A stretch of DNA of 64,000 nt from Kofleriaceae bacterium (GTDB taxonomy: Bacteria; Myxococcota_A; Polyangia; Haliangiales; Haliangiaceae): NCBI GenBank assembly GCA_046597055.1, contig JBKJLC010000113.1, positions 19,684 through 83,683 of the forward strand, read 5' to 3'. Each line of letters starts with the position of its first letter. Within the stretch, counting starts at the first letter, position 1. Under the pieces are notes generated by a model. That model did no database searches. It saw only the letters and a program-made list of their open reading frames with translations, and was not told the origin of the DNA. Both the position numbers and the translations under genes were made by a program. This document shows, piece by piece, positions 22,504 to 38,205 of this stretch.

Positions 22504-23949
22504 TCAGCGCCGCAGGTGAGCGCGGTCGAGGATCAGCGTCTCCTCGCGGTGGATGTCGTCGTCGAAGTCCGACGGCGGGGTCGGTGGCGGCTGGCTGCGC
22601 GAGCGCGCGCGGGCCGGCGGCGGAGGCGGCGGCTGGGTGCGGGTCGGTGCGCCCGGGCGCGCGGGCGGCGCGGCTGCGGGCGCGGTCGGCGCGGGCGGCG
22701 GCCGGCTCGCGCGCTGGCGGCGGCCGGGCTCGATGATCAGGGTCGGGGCGGCGTGGACGTCGAAGTCCTCGGGGGCACGGGCTCGGCGGTCGCGCTCGGA
22801 GGTGGTCGCGCTGTCGCCGAAGTCGCCGCCGCCGGTGCCAGTGTCGCCGGCGTCGGCGCCGCGGTGGCCAGTGCCGGTGCCGGTCGGGCGCGGCTGGAAC
22901 GGGACCGCGGACGCGACCACGTCCTCGGCGGCGACGCCCTCGGGCGCGATGAGATTCTCGCCGACGTCGTCGGACACGTCGTCGGTCAGGACGTACTCCT
23001 CGAGCATGCGCAGCTCGCGCTCGATCTCGACCGCGAACTGCTTGCGCACGTAGCGGCCGAGGTGGCTGCGCGAGTAGTTCGGCACGTAGCGGCGCAGGAA
23101 CGCGCGCAGGTCGGCCTCGACCTCGGCGGCGGTCTGGTAGCGCTGGGCCCGCGATCGGGTCAGGCAGCGATCGGCGATCGCCTCGACCTCCGGTGGCGTC
23201 GACGGCACCAGATCCGCGATCGGTCGGTACTTGGCGTCGCGCACCTTGATCAGCAGGTCCATCTCGTTGGACGCGGTGAACGGCGGCACCCGGGTCAACA
23301 TCTCGTAGAGGCACGAGCCGAGGCTGAACACGTCGGAGCGATGGTCGAGCTTGCGGCCGAGCGCCTGCTCCGGGCTCATGTACTTGACCTTGCCCTTGAT
23401 GACGCCGGTCTTGGTGTTGACCTTCGACAGCGTCGCCTTGGCGATGCCGAAGTCGCACAGCTTCACCTCGCCCGTGTACGAGATGATGATGTTCGACGGC
23501 GACACGTCGCGATGCACGATGCGCAGCGGTCGCCGCTTTTGATCGACCGCGGTGTGCGCGGCGTGCAGCGCGGCCGCGACCTCGCCGGCGATATACGCAC
23601 CGTGCTCGGGCGGCATCGGCTTCTTCTTCTGCCGGCACCGCTCGAGGATCGTGCGGGCATCCTTGCCGTCGACGTGCTCCATCGCGATGAAGTACTCGCC
23701 GTGGGCGCGGGCGAACTCGTAGACGCGCGCGATGTTGACGTGGCGCAGGACCGAGGCGATCTTGGCCTCGTCGACGAGCATCTGGATGAAGTCGTCATCC
23801 TCGGCGAGGTGCGCGAGCACGCGCTTGACCGCGACCAGGTGGGCGTGGCCCTCACCGTCGAACGTCTTGGCCCGATAGATCTCGGCCATCCCGCCGAACG
23901 CGATGCGGTCGAGCAGATGGTACCGGCCGAGCTGCTGGGCTCTGCGCAC
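22504..23949 (-). CDS. Hanks-type Ser/Thr protein kinase with Pro-rich tail, no TM
   Basis: GGMAEIY, VAVKR, HRDVSPSN, DFGIAK, GKVKYMSPEQ. GTG start with TACCCT 8 nt upstream. Confidence 0.93.
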   Translation of the reverse strand: MRRAQQLGRYHLLDRIAFGGMAEIYRAKTFDGEGHAHLVAVKRVLAHLAEDDDFIQMLVDEAKIASVLRHVNIARVYEFARAHGEYFIAMEHVDGKDARTILERCRQKKKPMPPEHGAYIAGEVAAALHAAHTAVDQKRRPLRIVHRDVSPSNIIISYTGEVKLCDFGIAKATLSKVNTKTGVIKGKVKYMSPEQALGRKLDHRSDVFSLGSCLYEMLTRVPPFTASNEMDLLIKVRDAKYRPIADLVPSTPPEVEAIADRCLTRSRAQRYQTAAEVEADLRAFLRRYVPNYSRSHLGRYVRKQFAVEIERELRMLEEYVLTDDVSDDVGENLIAPEGVAAEDVVASAVPFQPRPTGTGTGHRGADAGDTGTGGGDFGDSATTSERDRRARAPEDFDVHAAPTLIIEPGRRQRASRPPPAPTAPAAAPPARPGAPTRTQPPPPPPARARSRSQPPPTPPSDFDDDIHREETLILDRAHLRR

Positions 23950-24033
23950 CAGCGAGCAGGGTACTCGGTGTTGGGTCGGGACCGGAAGGGTTTCGCGCAG
24001 ATCGCGGAGGGAGCGTCGGGCGGGTGGATCCCC

Positions 24034-24039
24034 TATACT
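24034..24039 (+). promoter_or_regulatory. Putative -10 box TATACT (leaderless)
   Basis: 7 nt upstream of ATG 24047. Confidence 0.55.
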
Positions 24040-24046
24040 CCCGGCC

Positions 24047-24631
24047 ATGGCTACCGGCTGGCTCGCTGTCTCGCTCGCCTCGTGTCTCGCGCTCGGCGTC
24101 TCCGCCGCAGGGTGCGCAAAGTCCGACCCCAAGCAGGACGAGACCGCGCGGGTCAACCGCAACGCGGCGCCGACCGAAGGGGGCGCGCGGGTCACCGGTG
24201 CCCCGGGGGGCGCGGCCCCCGCCGCGATGCCGCCCACCGGCGGACCCGGGGCGGCCCCGGCCGCACCCACCGCCGACGATCCCAACGACACCAGCTTCCA
24301 GTTCGAGGCCCAGCAGCCGGCGCCCGGCAAGGCCGGGACCGAGGCGGTCGCGCGCTTCGTCATCTCGCCCGGCACCGGTTACAAGATGAACAAGGAGTAC
24401 CCGACCAAGCTCACCCTCGAGCCGCCGGCCGGGGTCACCGTCGCCAAGACGGTGCTCGAGCTCGGCGACGCCGAGTCGTTCTCCGACAAGGGCCTGACCT
24501 TCGCGGTCAAGCTCACCGCCGCGCAGCCCGGCGAGTTCACGATCCCGGCCACCGTCAAGTTCGCCGTGTGCACCGACGCCACCTGCGACCCCAAGAAGAA
24601 GAAGGTCGCGCTGGTGATGAAGGCCGAGTGA
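24047..24631 (+). CDS. Lipoprotein with DsbD-N-like beta-sandwich domain
   Basis: Lipobox AAGC, GYKMNKEYP, terminal FAVCTDATC Cys pair. Confidence 0.7.
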   Translation: MATGWLAVSLASCLALGVSAAGCAKSDPKQDETARVNRNAAPTEGGARVTGAPGGAAPAAMPPTGGPGAAPAAPTADDPNDTSFQFEAQQPAPGKAGTEAVARFVISPGTGYKMNKEYPTKLTLEPPAGVTVAKTVLELGDAESFSDKGLTFAVKLTAAQPGEFTIPATVKFAVCTDATCDPKKKKVALVMKAE

Positions 24632-24673
24632 GCCGGGCGGTCGCCGCGCCGCGCCCGTAGTACGCTGACGGCG

Positions 24674-26941
<2,268 letters not shown>

Positions 26942-27022
26942 GCGCCTGATCGGCCGCGGCCGGGAGTGGCCCGCCGTCCGCAGTAGTTGCCGGCGCGGCC
27001 GCCGCCCGCGTATCGTCGGCGG

Positions 27023-28315
<1,293 letters not shown>

Positions 28316-28331
28316 CGCCCGTTGCCCACGC

Positions 28332-29603
<1,272 letters not shown>

Positions 29604-29686
29604 GGCGGGCGGAAGCTAGCACGCCAGCGGCGAGGTCGACGGGTGGGGCACGACCCGGGCGACCACGCCGACGTCGCGCGCTTCGG

Positions 29687-30433
29687 TCACCCGGGTTCAG
29701 CGTCGATCGGGGCTGGCTCGCGCCGGACCACGAGCGAGCCCAGCCGCGCGACCAGGTCGTCAGCGGCGGCGGCGACCGCCGCAGCATCGGCGCCCTCGAG
29801 CGTGAGGATCACGCGGAAGTCCTGTTCGTCGAAGCGCGGGTAGCTGCCGAGCTTGACCGCGGGGTGCGCAGCGACCACCGCCTCGAGGTGGGGCGCCAGC
29901 ACGCCCTCCTCGCCGGTGGTCCACACCCGCGCGACCGCGACCGGGGTTGCCCGGAACCGCGCACGGATGTCGAGGAACTTGCGCTTGAACAGCGGGGGCA
30001 CGCCCGGGAGGATGTAGACGTTGCGGAAGGCGACCACCGGCCACGCCGCGTCGCCGACCAGCTCGGCGCCGGCCGGGATCTGGGCGAGGCGCAGGTTGGC
30101 CGGGGCCAGCTGCTCGCCCCAGTAGGCGCGCACCTTGGACTCGAGCTCGGGGTGCTGCACCACGGTGGTGCCGAACCCGCGCGCGATCCCGGCCATCGTC
30201 AGATCGTCGTGCGTGGGCCCGACGCCGCCCGAGGTGAACACGTGATCGAACCGGCTGGCGAACCAGGCGACGGTGTCGGCGATGTCGGCCTCGTCGTCCG
30301 GGATCACCGCGATCCGCCGGAGCTCGACCCCGAGCGAGCGCAGCTCACCGATCAAGAACGCGGCGTTCTCCTCGGCGAACTTGCCCGAGAGGATCTCGTC
30401 GCCGATGACGACGATGCCGGCGGTGGCAGCCAC
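29687..30433 (-). CDS. CinA-like molybdopterin-binding domain protein
   Basis: [31 protein letters not shown]. Confidence 0.88.
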   Translation of the reverse strand: MAATAGIVVIGDEILSGKFAEENAAFLIGELRSLGVELRRIAVIPDDEADIADTVAWFASRFDHVFTSGGVGPTHDDLTMAGIARGFGTTVVQHPELESKVRAYWGEQLAPANLRLAQIPAGAELVGDAAWPVVAFRNVYILPGVPPLFKRKFLDIRARFRATPVAVARVWTTGEEGVLAPHLEAVVAAHPAVKLGSYPRFDEQDFRVILTLEGADAAAVAAAADDLVARLGSLVVRREPAPIDAEPG

Positions 30434-30545
30434 GGCTGGCATCCTAGCAGCTCGGCCCGGGACGGCAGCATGACCGCGCCCCAGCCTTCGCGGGTCGTCC
30501 GAGCGCTTGTGTTCCCGGCCATCGCCCTGCTAAGACCCGACCTCG

Positions 30546-31835
30546 ATGGACCTCGTCTTGCGCGGCGGTCGCGTCGTCGGAGAGGCGCCCTCGGGCGCCT
30601 GGCAGGATGTCGCTGCCGACGTGCGGATCCGCGATGGCCGGGTGATCGAGATCGGCCCCGGCCTGCGCGGCGGCCGCGAGATCGCGGTCGACGGCCTGTG
30701 GGTCGCACCCGGGCTGGTCGACCTGCGCGCTCACCTGCGCGAGCCCGGCGCCGAGCACGAAGAGGACCTCGCCAGCGGCTCACGCGCGGCCGCGGCCGGT
30801 GGCTTCACCACCGTGTGCACCACCGCCGACACCAGCCCGGTCAACGACCACGGCACGGTGACCGAGCTGATCGTGCGGCGCGGCGCCGACGTCGGCCTGA
30901 CCCGGATCCGCCCGGTCGGCGCGATCACCCGCGGGCTCCTCGGCGAGCGGCTCGCCGACATCGCCGATCTGAAGGCGGCCGGCGCGGTCGCGATCGGCGA
31001 CGGCGACCACTGCGTCACCGACCCCGCGCTGCTGCGCCGCGCCCTCGAGTACGCGCGCACGGTCGGGCTGCCGCTGGTGCAGCACGCGCTCGACCCGCAG
31101 CTGTGCGAGGGCGGCGTCGCCAACGAGTCGGCCACCGCGACCCGGCTCGGCCTGCGCCCGCAGCCGGCGGTCGCCGAGAGCGCGATCGTCGCGCGCGACC
31201 TCGAGCTGGTCGGCTGGACCGGCGCCCGCTATCACGTCGCCCACGTGTCCGCCGCCCGGACGGTCGCGCTGATCCGCGAGGCGCGCCGGCGCGGCCTGCC
31301 GGTCACCGCCGAGGTCACGCCGCACCACCTCACGCTGACCGAGGAGGCGTGCGCCGGCTACGACGCGCTGACCAAGGTGGTGCCGCCGCTGCGCGGCCTG
31401 GCCGACCGCGCCGCGCTCATCGAGGGCCTGGCCGACGGCACCCTCGACGCGATCGCGACCGACCACGCGCCCGAGTCGCTCACCGACAAGGAGGGCGAGT
31501 TCGAGACCGCCGCGCCTGGCATGCTCGGGCTCGAGACCGCGCTGGCCCAGGTGCTGGCCCTGTGCCGCGACGGCCTGGTGCCGCTGCGCCGCGCGATCGA
31601 GGCGCTGACGATCGGCCCGGCCCGCGCGTTCGGGCTCGACGCCGGCCGGATCGGGCCCGGCGTGATCGCCGACCTGGTCGTGTTCGATCCGCAGCGGGCC
31701 TGGACGGTCACCGCCGCCGGGCTGGCCTCGAAGACCAAGAACACGCCGCTCCTCGGCGAACGGCTGATCGGCCGGGCTGTGCTCACCTTGCTCGGCGGTC
31801 GCGCCGTGCTCGACTGCGACGGGAGGTTGTCGTGA
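30546..31835 (+). CDS. pyrC: Dihydroorotase-family protein, probably inactive (PyrC'-like)
   Basis: [37 protein letters not shown]; next to carA. Several active-site residues differ. Confidence 0.85.
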   Translation: MDLVLRGGRVVGEAPSGAWQDVAADVRIRDGRVIEIGPGLRGGREIAVDGLWVAPGLVDLRAHLREPGAEHEEDLASGSRAAAAGGFTTVCTTADTSPVNDHGTVTELIVRRGADVGLTRIRPVGAITRGLLGERLADIADLKAAGAVAIGDGDHCVTDPALLRRALEYARTVGLPLVQHALDPQLCEGGVANESATATRLGLRPQPAVAESAIVARDLELVGWTGARYHVAHVSAARTVALIREARRRGLPVTAEVTPHHLTLTEEACAGYDALTKVVPPLRGLADRAALIEGLADGTLDAIATDHAPESLTDKEGEFETAAPGMLGLETALAQVLALCRDGLVPLRRAIEALTIGPARAFGLDAGRIGPGVIADLVVFDPQRAWTVTAAGLASKTKNTPLLGERLIGRAVLTLLGGRAVLDCDGRLS

Positions 31836-32980
31836 CGTACCCGGCCGTGCTGGTGCTCGAGAATGGTCGCATCTTCCGCGGGCGCGGCTTCGGCGCGCGC
31901 ACCGTCAGCCACGGCGAGGTGGTGTTCAACACCTCCCTCACCGGCTACCAGGAGATCATCTCCGACCCGTCGTACTGCGGTCAGATCGTGGTGATGACCG
32001 CGGTCCAGATCGGCAACGTCGGCGTCAACGAGAGCGATCTCGAGGCCAGCAAGCCGTGCTCGGCCGGGTTCGTCGTGCGCGAGCGCAGCGCCGCGTCGAG
32101 CTGGCGGTCCGAGGACGAGCTCGATGGCTGGCTGGCCCGCCACGGCATCCCCGGCCTCGACGACATCGACACCCGCGCGCTGACCCGGATGCTGCGCACC
32201 GAGGGCGCGATGCGGGGCGCGATCGCGCCCGACCCGGGCGGCGACTGCGCCGAGCTGCTTGCCGAGGTCCGCCGCCAGCCGGTGATGGAGGGCCTCGATC
32301 TGGTCCCCCGGGTCACCACGGCCGAGCGCTACCCGTGGAGCGCCCCGTCGTGGCGCGCCACCTGGGAGTCGGGCCCGATGCCGGCCGAACCGCGCTTCCA
32401 CGTGGTCGCGTACGACTTCGGGATCAAGCGGAACATCCTGCATCGGCTGGTCGACACGGGCTGCCGGGTCACGGTGGTGCCGGCCACCACCTCGGCCCAG
32501 GACGCGCTCGCGCTCGCGCCCGACGGCGTGTTCCTGTCGAACGGCCCCGGCGATCCGGCCGCGGTGACCTACGCGATCGAGGCCGCCCGCGCGCTGGTCG
32601 CGCGCGACCTGCCGGTGTTCGGCATCTGCCTCGGCCATCAGATCCTGTCGCTCGCGATCGGCGCGCGCACGTACAAGCTGCCGTTCGGGCACCACGGCGG
32701 CAACCACCCGGTGAAGGATCTCACCACCGGCAAGGTCGAGATCACCGCGCAGAACCACGGCTTCGTGGTCGACCCGCAGTCGATGCCGGCCAGCGCGCGC
32801 ATCACCCACCTCAACCTGTACGACGACACCGTCGAGGGGCTCGAGCTCACCGGGCGGCCCGTGTTCGGCATCCAGTACCACCCGGAGGCGAGCCCGGGCC
32901 CGCACGACGCGCACTACCTGTTCGGGCGCTTCCGCGACGCGATGCGCGCGGGCAGCGGGCCCGGCAGCGGCCCCCGATGA
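31832..32980 (+). CDS. carA: Carbamoyl-phosphate synthase small subunit
   Basis: [48 protein letters not shown]. Confidence 0.97.
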   Translation: MTYPAVLVLENGRIFRGRGFGARTVSHGEVVFNTSLTGYQEIISDPSYCGQIVVMTAVQIGNVGVNESDLEASKPCSAGFVVRERSAASSWRSEDELDGWLARHGIPGLDDIDTRALTRMLRTEGAMRGAIAPDPGGDCAELLAEVRRQPVMEGLDLVPRVTTAERYPWSAPSWRATWESGPMPAEPRFHVVAYDFGIKRNILHRLVDTGCRVTVVPATTSAQDALALAPDGVFLSNGPGDPAAVTYAIEAARALVARDLPVFGICLGHQILSLAIGARTYKLPFGHHGGNHPVKDLTTGKVEITAQNHGFVVDPQSMPASARITHLNLYDDTVEGLELTGRPVFGIQYHPEASPGPHDAHYLFGRFRDAMRAGSGPGSGPR

Positions 32981-33675
32981 CCACGCGCGAGCGGCCGGTC
33001 GGCGTCCCCGACGCCTCGGGCAAGGCCGCGTACCTCGGCGAGGTGCTCGACGCGGTGGTCGCCGCGCACACCGGCGACGACGCCGGGGTGGTCGCCGCCC
33101 GCAAGGTGTTCGAGGAGCGCCGCGGCCGGGTGTTCGAGGACGAGGAGCTGTGGGAGGTGTGGAGCGCCGGCTTCGTCGAGTGGCTGGTCACCGAGCACGT
33201 CGCGGCCGGGCAGGCGCTGCCGCGGGCGGCCGCCGCGATGGCCGCGGCCGCCGACGCTGGTGACACCCGCCGGGCCGCCGCGATCCGCAGCTGGCTGACC
33301 TCCCACCGCAGCCTGTGGTCGGTCGAGAAGCTCGGCGACGGCTTCGTCGACCTGTTCGATCTGCTGGGCGGCGCGCACGTGCGCGTGGTCGAGCCGCGCG
33401 CGCTCCACGGGGTCTCGATCGGCGAGGTCGCCGAGCTGCGCGTGATCGGCTTCGAGGGCGAGGTCCTGTTCGGCCGCGCTTTTCTGTTCCATCCCCGCGG
33501 GACCCGCGACGCGCTGCTCGAGCAGGCGCGCGCGATCACCGCCGACGGGGGCGACCGCCGCGCCGTCCTCGATCACGCCGCGCTGCTGCGGACCAAGGTG
33601 CTGCGCTACCGCCACGTGCCGGCGGCCCGGCTGTACGAGCGCGGTGGCGCGCTCGATCCGGCGCGGCACGAGTGA
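32977..33675 (+). CDS. Hypothetical protein
   Basis: ATGA overlap with carA, coding-like codon usage. Confidence 0.75.
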   Translation: MTTRERPVGVPDASGKAAYLGEVLDAVVAAHTGDDAGVVAARKVFEERRGRVFEDEELWEVWSAGFVEWLVTEHVAAGQALPRAAAAMAAAADAGDTRRAAAIRSWLTSHRSLWSVEKLGDGFVDLFDLLGGAHVRVVEPRALHGVSIGEVAELRVIGFEGEVLFGRAFLFHPRGTRDALLEQARAITADGGDRRAVLDHAALLRTKVLRYRHVPAARLYERGGALDPARHE

Positions 33676-34845
33676 CCCGGCCCGCCGCGCGGGTGGTCGC
33701 GGTGATCGCCGCTGGCACCGGCGCGGTCGTCGGGGCCGAGCCGGCGGCGGCCCAGGTGCCGGTCGCGACCCGGCCCGCGTTCTCGGTCGAGCGGTTCACG
33801 CCCGCGCCGGGCGACGGCAGCTTCCTCGGCGTCGAGCGCGCCGACGTGCTGCCGGCCGGTCGGTGGTCGGTCGCGATCTCGACCTGGCTGGCCGAGCGAC
33901 CGATCGTGCTGCGCGGCGTGCAGACCGGCCTCGAGGCGACCGAGCCGGTCCGCTGGCGCTGGGGCCAGGAGGTCGGCGTCGCGCGCGGGCTCGGCGCCCG
34001 CTACCAGGTGGGCCTGGCGCTGCCGGCCGCGGTCCAGTGGGGCGATCGCCTGCAGGGGATCGGCCTGGCCGAGGCGCCGCTCGACCGGTTCGTCCTCGGC
34101 GACGTTCGCTTGCATGGCCGGGCCCGCATCGCCGGCCTGCCGGGCGCGCCCGGGCTCGCGGCCGCGCTGGCCGCGGCGATCGTGCTGCCGACCGGCAACG
34201 ACGACCAGCTCGCCGGCGAGGCCGGCTGGATGCTGACCTGGGGCCTGCGCCTCGGCTGGCGTTCGCACGACCTCGAGGTCGGCGGCGGCCTCGGCCTGCG
34301 CCTGCGCACCCGCGAGGTCGTGCTGCTATCGCCGGCCCGGCCGCACGGCAACGAGCTGGCCGCGAGCGCGGCGGCGGCGGTGCGGGTCGGGCCGCTCGGC
34401 CGCCTGTTCGGCGGCGACGATCGCGCGTGGGTGCTGGCCGAGGTCGAGGCGGTGGTCGGCGACTCGCCCGGCACCGGCAGCCGCGGCCCGTCGCCGGCCG
34501 AGGCGCGCATCGGCGTGCGCGCCCACGTCCACCCCTGCTGGTCGGTCGCGATCGCGGCCGGCGGCGGGTTCACCCCCGACGAGATCGGCGCCCCGGGCTG
34601 GCGCGCGATCACGCAGCTCACCTTTGATCAGGCGCCGCCGCGCGACCGCGACCGCGACGGCGTCGCCGACGGGGCCGACGCGTGCTGGCGCGCGCCCGAG
34701 GACCGCGACGGTCACGACGATCGGGACGGCTGCCCCGACCTCGACGACGACGCCGACGGCGTGCTCGACGAGGACGACCGCTGCCCGGGCGAGCGCGAGG
34801 ACCGCGACGGCTTCCGGGACACCGACGGCTGCCCCGACCACGAGG
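33672..34845 (+). CDS. Outer-membrane beta-barrel protein with thrombospondin type-3 repeats; 3' end disrupted
   Basis: Signal peptide, ERFTPAPG, barrel-like region, DRDRDGVADGADAC..EDRDG..DGCPD repeats. No stop after repeats; frame stays open to 36434 antisense to the kinase gene. Confidence 0.75.
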
Positions 34846-37436
34846 TGGGTGCGCGGGTGCGAGGCGTGCGTGGTGCCGTGGCCGTCGGCGGCGCCGAGGA
34901 TGACCAGGCTGGCGTCGTGGTCGCCGATCAGGTCGCGCGCGGTCGGAGACAGGCAGACCTCGCCGGCGGGGGTGGTCGCAGCCAGGGACCACGCCGCGTC
35001 CACCAGCACACCCTCGGCGTGGTGGCCGTGGGCGGGGACCACCTGGACCAGGATCGCGGCCGACGAGCGCACGCCGGGGTGACCGGCGCGCAGCGCGCGC
35101 ATCGCGGCGATCGGGGCTCGAAAGATCGCGGCCGGCCCGCGCGGGTCGTCGAGCAGGATGCCGCGCTCGGCCTCGATCGCACCGTGCATCCCGCGCAGCG
35201 CGCCCGGCTCGTCCATCCGCACGACCATGACGGTCGCCAGCCGCACCGGACACTCCGAGGCGGTCGGCAGCTCGCCGAAGAAGCCTTCGATCTCGACGAC
35301 GATCGCCTCGGTCGCCTGGGCGTAGGGCAGGTGATCGGTGCCGTCGAGCTCGATCAGGCGCGCTCCAACGATGCCGGCGCTCAGCGCGTCGCTGGCGGCG
35401 CGGGACGCCACCCGATCGCCGGCGTGGCGCAGCACCAGGGTCGGCATCCGGATCGCCGGCAGGACGCTGCGCAGATCGAGCGCGGCGTGGGCGCGCACCA
35501 GCGCGGTCACCGACGACGGGGTGGCGCCCGAGCGCAGGTAGCGGCCCCACCAGACCCGGAAGGTCTCGTCGTCGACCCGCGACGGCGCGAGGGTGTCGAG
35601 GAACAGCGGCTCGCCCCAGCGGCGGTGGAGCTCGGCGAGCCATCCCTCGAGTTCGGCCAAGGTCTGGCCGTGGTCAAACCCGATCCGCCGCACCAGCGAC
35701 GGCGTGCCGCCCCAGATCACGAGCGCGCGGATGCGCTCGGGATGGGTCGCGGCCACCATCAGCGTGACCGCCTCGGCCTCGTGGAGCCCGACCAAGATCG
35801 CGCGATCGACGCCGGCGGCGTCCATGACCGCCAGCAGCTCGGCCGCGTCGCTGGCCGCGCCCAGGCCGGTGACATCGCGGTCGGACAGGCCGGTGCCGCG
35901 CCGATCGTAGACCGTGACCCGCGCGCGCCGGGCCAGGCGCGACATCAGCGCGGCGAAGCCGGGCTCCTGCCAGGCCAGCTCGAGGTGCGAGACCCAGCCC
36001 GGCACGATCACGAGGTCGCGCGGGCCCTCGCCGAAGGTCTGGTAGGCGATCACCGCGTCGCCGGACCGGACGTAGCGGGTCTCGGGCGGCTCGGGATCGC
36101 GCCAGCCGGGCGCGCCGCCGAGCAAGGTCACGCCCGAGCTCTCCGACACGGCGCGGCTGATGCCGCGGCGCACGTGGGTCGTTATCCGCTGGACCGCGCG
36201 CGACCACAGGTTGGCCAGCGCCGGCGTCCACGCCCCGGCGTCGAGCTCGGCCAGGGTGGTCAGGACCGCGCGGCCGAGCCCGTCGAGGTGCTCGCCGCGG
36301 ACCCCGTGCTCGACCTGGCGGTGGCCGAGATCTTCGAGCAGCGGCACCACGATCTCCGGCGAGCGAGCGCCGTGGACCACGGTCGACAGGGTCGCCAGCA
36401 GCATCTGGTGCTGCGCCGCCAGGTCGGACGCTAAATGCGCGCGCAGCTCGGGGAGCTCCTCGCACAGGCGGTGGTACAGGCGGGGCGCGAAGGTCGGCAC
36501 CGCCGCTGCCCGCTCGAACGACGCGACCAGCCGCCGCGCCGCCTTGGACTCGGCGACCGCGTCGGCGCCGCTGTCGGCGACCAGCGGCGCGTAGACCGCG
36601 CCCAGCAGCTCGAGCCGGTCGCGCACCGCGGCCGCCGTCCGCGGCCGCTGATCGGCCGCGCGCGACACGCACTGGCCGATCAGGTTGGCCAGCGGCGCCG
36701 GCACGTCGCGGCGGAGCTGACCGATCGGGCTGAGCCCGTGGGTGAAGATGAACGCGACGGTGTCCTCGGGATCCCGATCCGCGTACGGCAGATCACCGGC
36801 GAGCAGCTCCCACAGCACCACGCCGAGCGAGTAGATGTCGCTGCGGCCCGAGGCCGGCGCCTGCGCCGCCAGCTCCGGAGCCATGTAGACCGGGGTGCCG
36901 GAGAAGCGGGCGGTCTCGCCGCCGCGGGCAGCCAGGCGCGCGATCAGGTGATCGGTCGAGGGCTCGCTCCACGCGCCCTGCTCGGCGAGCCCGAAGTCGA
37001 GCAGCTTGACCACGCCGTCGCGGCCGACCACCGCATTCGAAGGCTTGATGTCGCGGTGGAGCAGGCCACTGGCATGCACCGCGGCCAGTCCGCGCGCCAG
37101 CCCGAGCGCGATGTGGAGCACCTCGCGCCATGGCACCGGCCGCGGCAGGCGGTGGAGCGGCGAGCCATCGACGAACTCGTACGCGATGTACGGTCGGTTG
37201 CTCACCGACGAGATGCGATAGACGCTGACGACGTTGGGATGGTCGAGCCGGGCCAGCGCGCGGGCCTCGGCCAGGAACCGCTCGTGGGCGCGCGGGTCGG
37301 CGTTCGACGCCGCGATGAACTTCAGCGCGACCGGGCGATCGAGCAGCAGATCGCGCCCGAGATACACGGTTCCCATCGCTCCGTCGGCCAGAGGTCGAAC
37401 GACCTCGTAGTCATCGAAGCGCACCGGTGGAAACAC
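34326..37436 (-). CDS. Ser/Thr kinase - globin - alpha/beta hydrolase - degenerate class III cyclase fusion
   Basis: GAMGTVY, VALKF, HRDIKPSN, DFGLA, GTPVYMAPE; globin about 36160-36540; hydrolase about 35270-36090; cyclase-like about 34900-35250. Recognisable sequence ends near 34880, formal stop 34326. Start approximate. Confidence 0.85.
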   Translation of the reverse strand: MFPPVRFDDYEVVRPLADGAMGTVYLGRDLLLDRPVALKFIAASNADPRAHERFLAEARALARLDHPNVVSVYRISSVSNRPYIAYEFVDGSPLHRLPRPVPWREVLHIALGLARGLAAVHASGLLHRDIKPSNAVVGRDGVVKLLDFGLAEQGAWSEPSTDHLIARLAARGGETARFSGTPVYMAPELAAQAPASGRSDIYSLGVVLWELLAGDLPYADRDPEDTVAFIFTHGLSPIGQLRRDVPAPLANLIGQCVSRAADQRPRTAAAVRDRLELLGAVYAPLVADSGADAVAESKAARRLVASFERAAAVPTFAPRLYHRLCEELPELRAHLASDLAAQHQMLLATLSTVVHGARSPEIVVPLLEDLGHRQVEHGVRGEHLDGLGRAVLTTLAELDAGAWTPALANLWSRAVQRITTHVRRGISRAVSESSGVTLLGGAPGWRDPEPPETRYVRSGDAVIAYQTFGEGPRDLVIVPGWVSHLELAWQEPGFAALMSRLARRARVTVYDRRGTGLSDRDVTGLGAASDAAELLAVMDAAGVDRAILVGLHEAEAVTLMVAATHPERIRALVIWGGTPSLVRRIGFDHGQTLAELEGWLAELHRRWGEPLFLDTLAPSRVDDETFRVWWGRYLRSGATPSSVTALVRAHAALDLRSVLPAIRMPTLVLRHAGDRVASRAASDALSAGIVGARLIELDGTDHLPYAQATEAIVVEIEGFFGELPTASECPVRLATVMVVRMDEPGALRGMHGAIEAERGILLDDPRGPAAIFRAPIAAMRALRAGHPGVRSSAAILVQVVPAHGHHAEGVLVDAAWSLAATTPAGEVCLSPTARDLIGDHDASLVILGAADGHGTTHASHPRTHLVVGAAVGVPEAVAVLALARAAVVLVEHAVGVVVEVGAAVPIVVTVAVLGRAPARVGPVGDAVAVAVARRRLIKGELRDRAPARGADLVGGEPAAGRDRDRPAGVDVGAHADARLGRRRAAAAGAGRVADHRLDLGQHPRAIVAAEQAAERPDPHRRRRARGQLVAVRPGRR

Positions 37437-37594
37437 CCCCCAGACCCCCCTGCGCACCTCGAGACGATAGCAGGAGTCACCGCAGGGAGGTGAACATCTC
37501 GCCAGTGCCGTGCGGCGGTTCCCGACGCTGCGACGGTGAATGACCGCCATCTGTGCGCCAGCATGGCGGGAGTGCGTGCACGCGAGACAGCAGG

Positions 37595-38068
37595 CTATTC
37601 GAGCGGATTGCTCTGTGACCACCGTTCGATCACGCGATCCGCCTCCAGCGTCAGGCGCACCTCGAACGTGGCACGCACGCCATCACAGTCCTGATCACCG
37701 ATCGCGGTCAGCACCAGCACCGGGCCGTCACGATGCACCTGGTACGCGAACCGGTGGCGATCGTCGATCGAGAAGCCGAGCGCGCGCCAGCCCGGCAGTG
37801 CCCACCGGGTCGGCTCGGGAGCACAGGTGTCCCCGCTCTCGCAGCAGGTGCCGACCGCCGGGGTCGGCCCGACGGTGAGGTCGGGCAGCGCGTGGTGGGC
37901 GGCGGCGTGGAGCCGGACGCGCTCGACCAGGTAACCCAGCAGCGCGGGCGCTTCACGCGCAGCCCGGCGCGAGGTGCACTGCCGTTGCGCCGCGGGGCAG
38001 GTCGCCAGGGCGCACAGGCCGATCAGGGCCAGCATCCAGCGCAGCCGACGCCATGCGCCACCCTTCAT
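37595..38068 (-). CDS. Type IV pilin-like protein without clear prepilin cleavage motif
   Basis: AAGGA RBS, hydrophobic helix LALIGLCALATCP..EA, WRALGFSI..RFAY..AIGDQDCDG. Confidence 0.55.
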   Translation of the reverse strand: MKGGAWRRLRWMLALIGLCALATCPAAQRQCTSRRAAREAPALLGYLVERVRLHAAAHHALPDLTVGPTPAVGTCCESGDTCAPEPTRWALPGWRALGFSIDDRHRFAYQVHRDGPVLVLTAIGDQDCDGVRATFEVRLTLEADRVIERWSQSNPLE

Positions 38069-38205
38069 CGGTCGTTCCTTGGCGGTCGCGGTCGGGGCGC
38101 GCCGGGCGCCCCGACGATCGCCGGCTTACCGAGCACGGGATGGTGGGTCGCGGTCGCCACGGGGTCAGTTCGCGCGCACGGGTGCCAGCGGGCCCAGCCA
38201 GCGGG

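Noticed and set aside
29864..31831. 1038-aa ORF as extended CarA
   Set aside because: Shadow frame over cinA-like and pyrC genes; CarA motifs start at GTG 31832.
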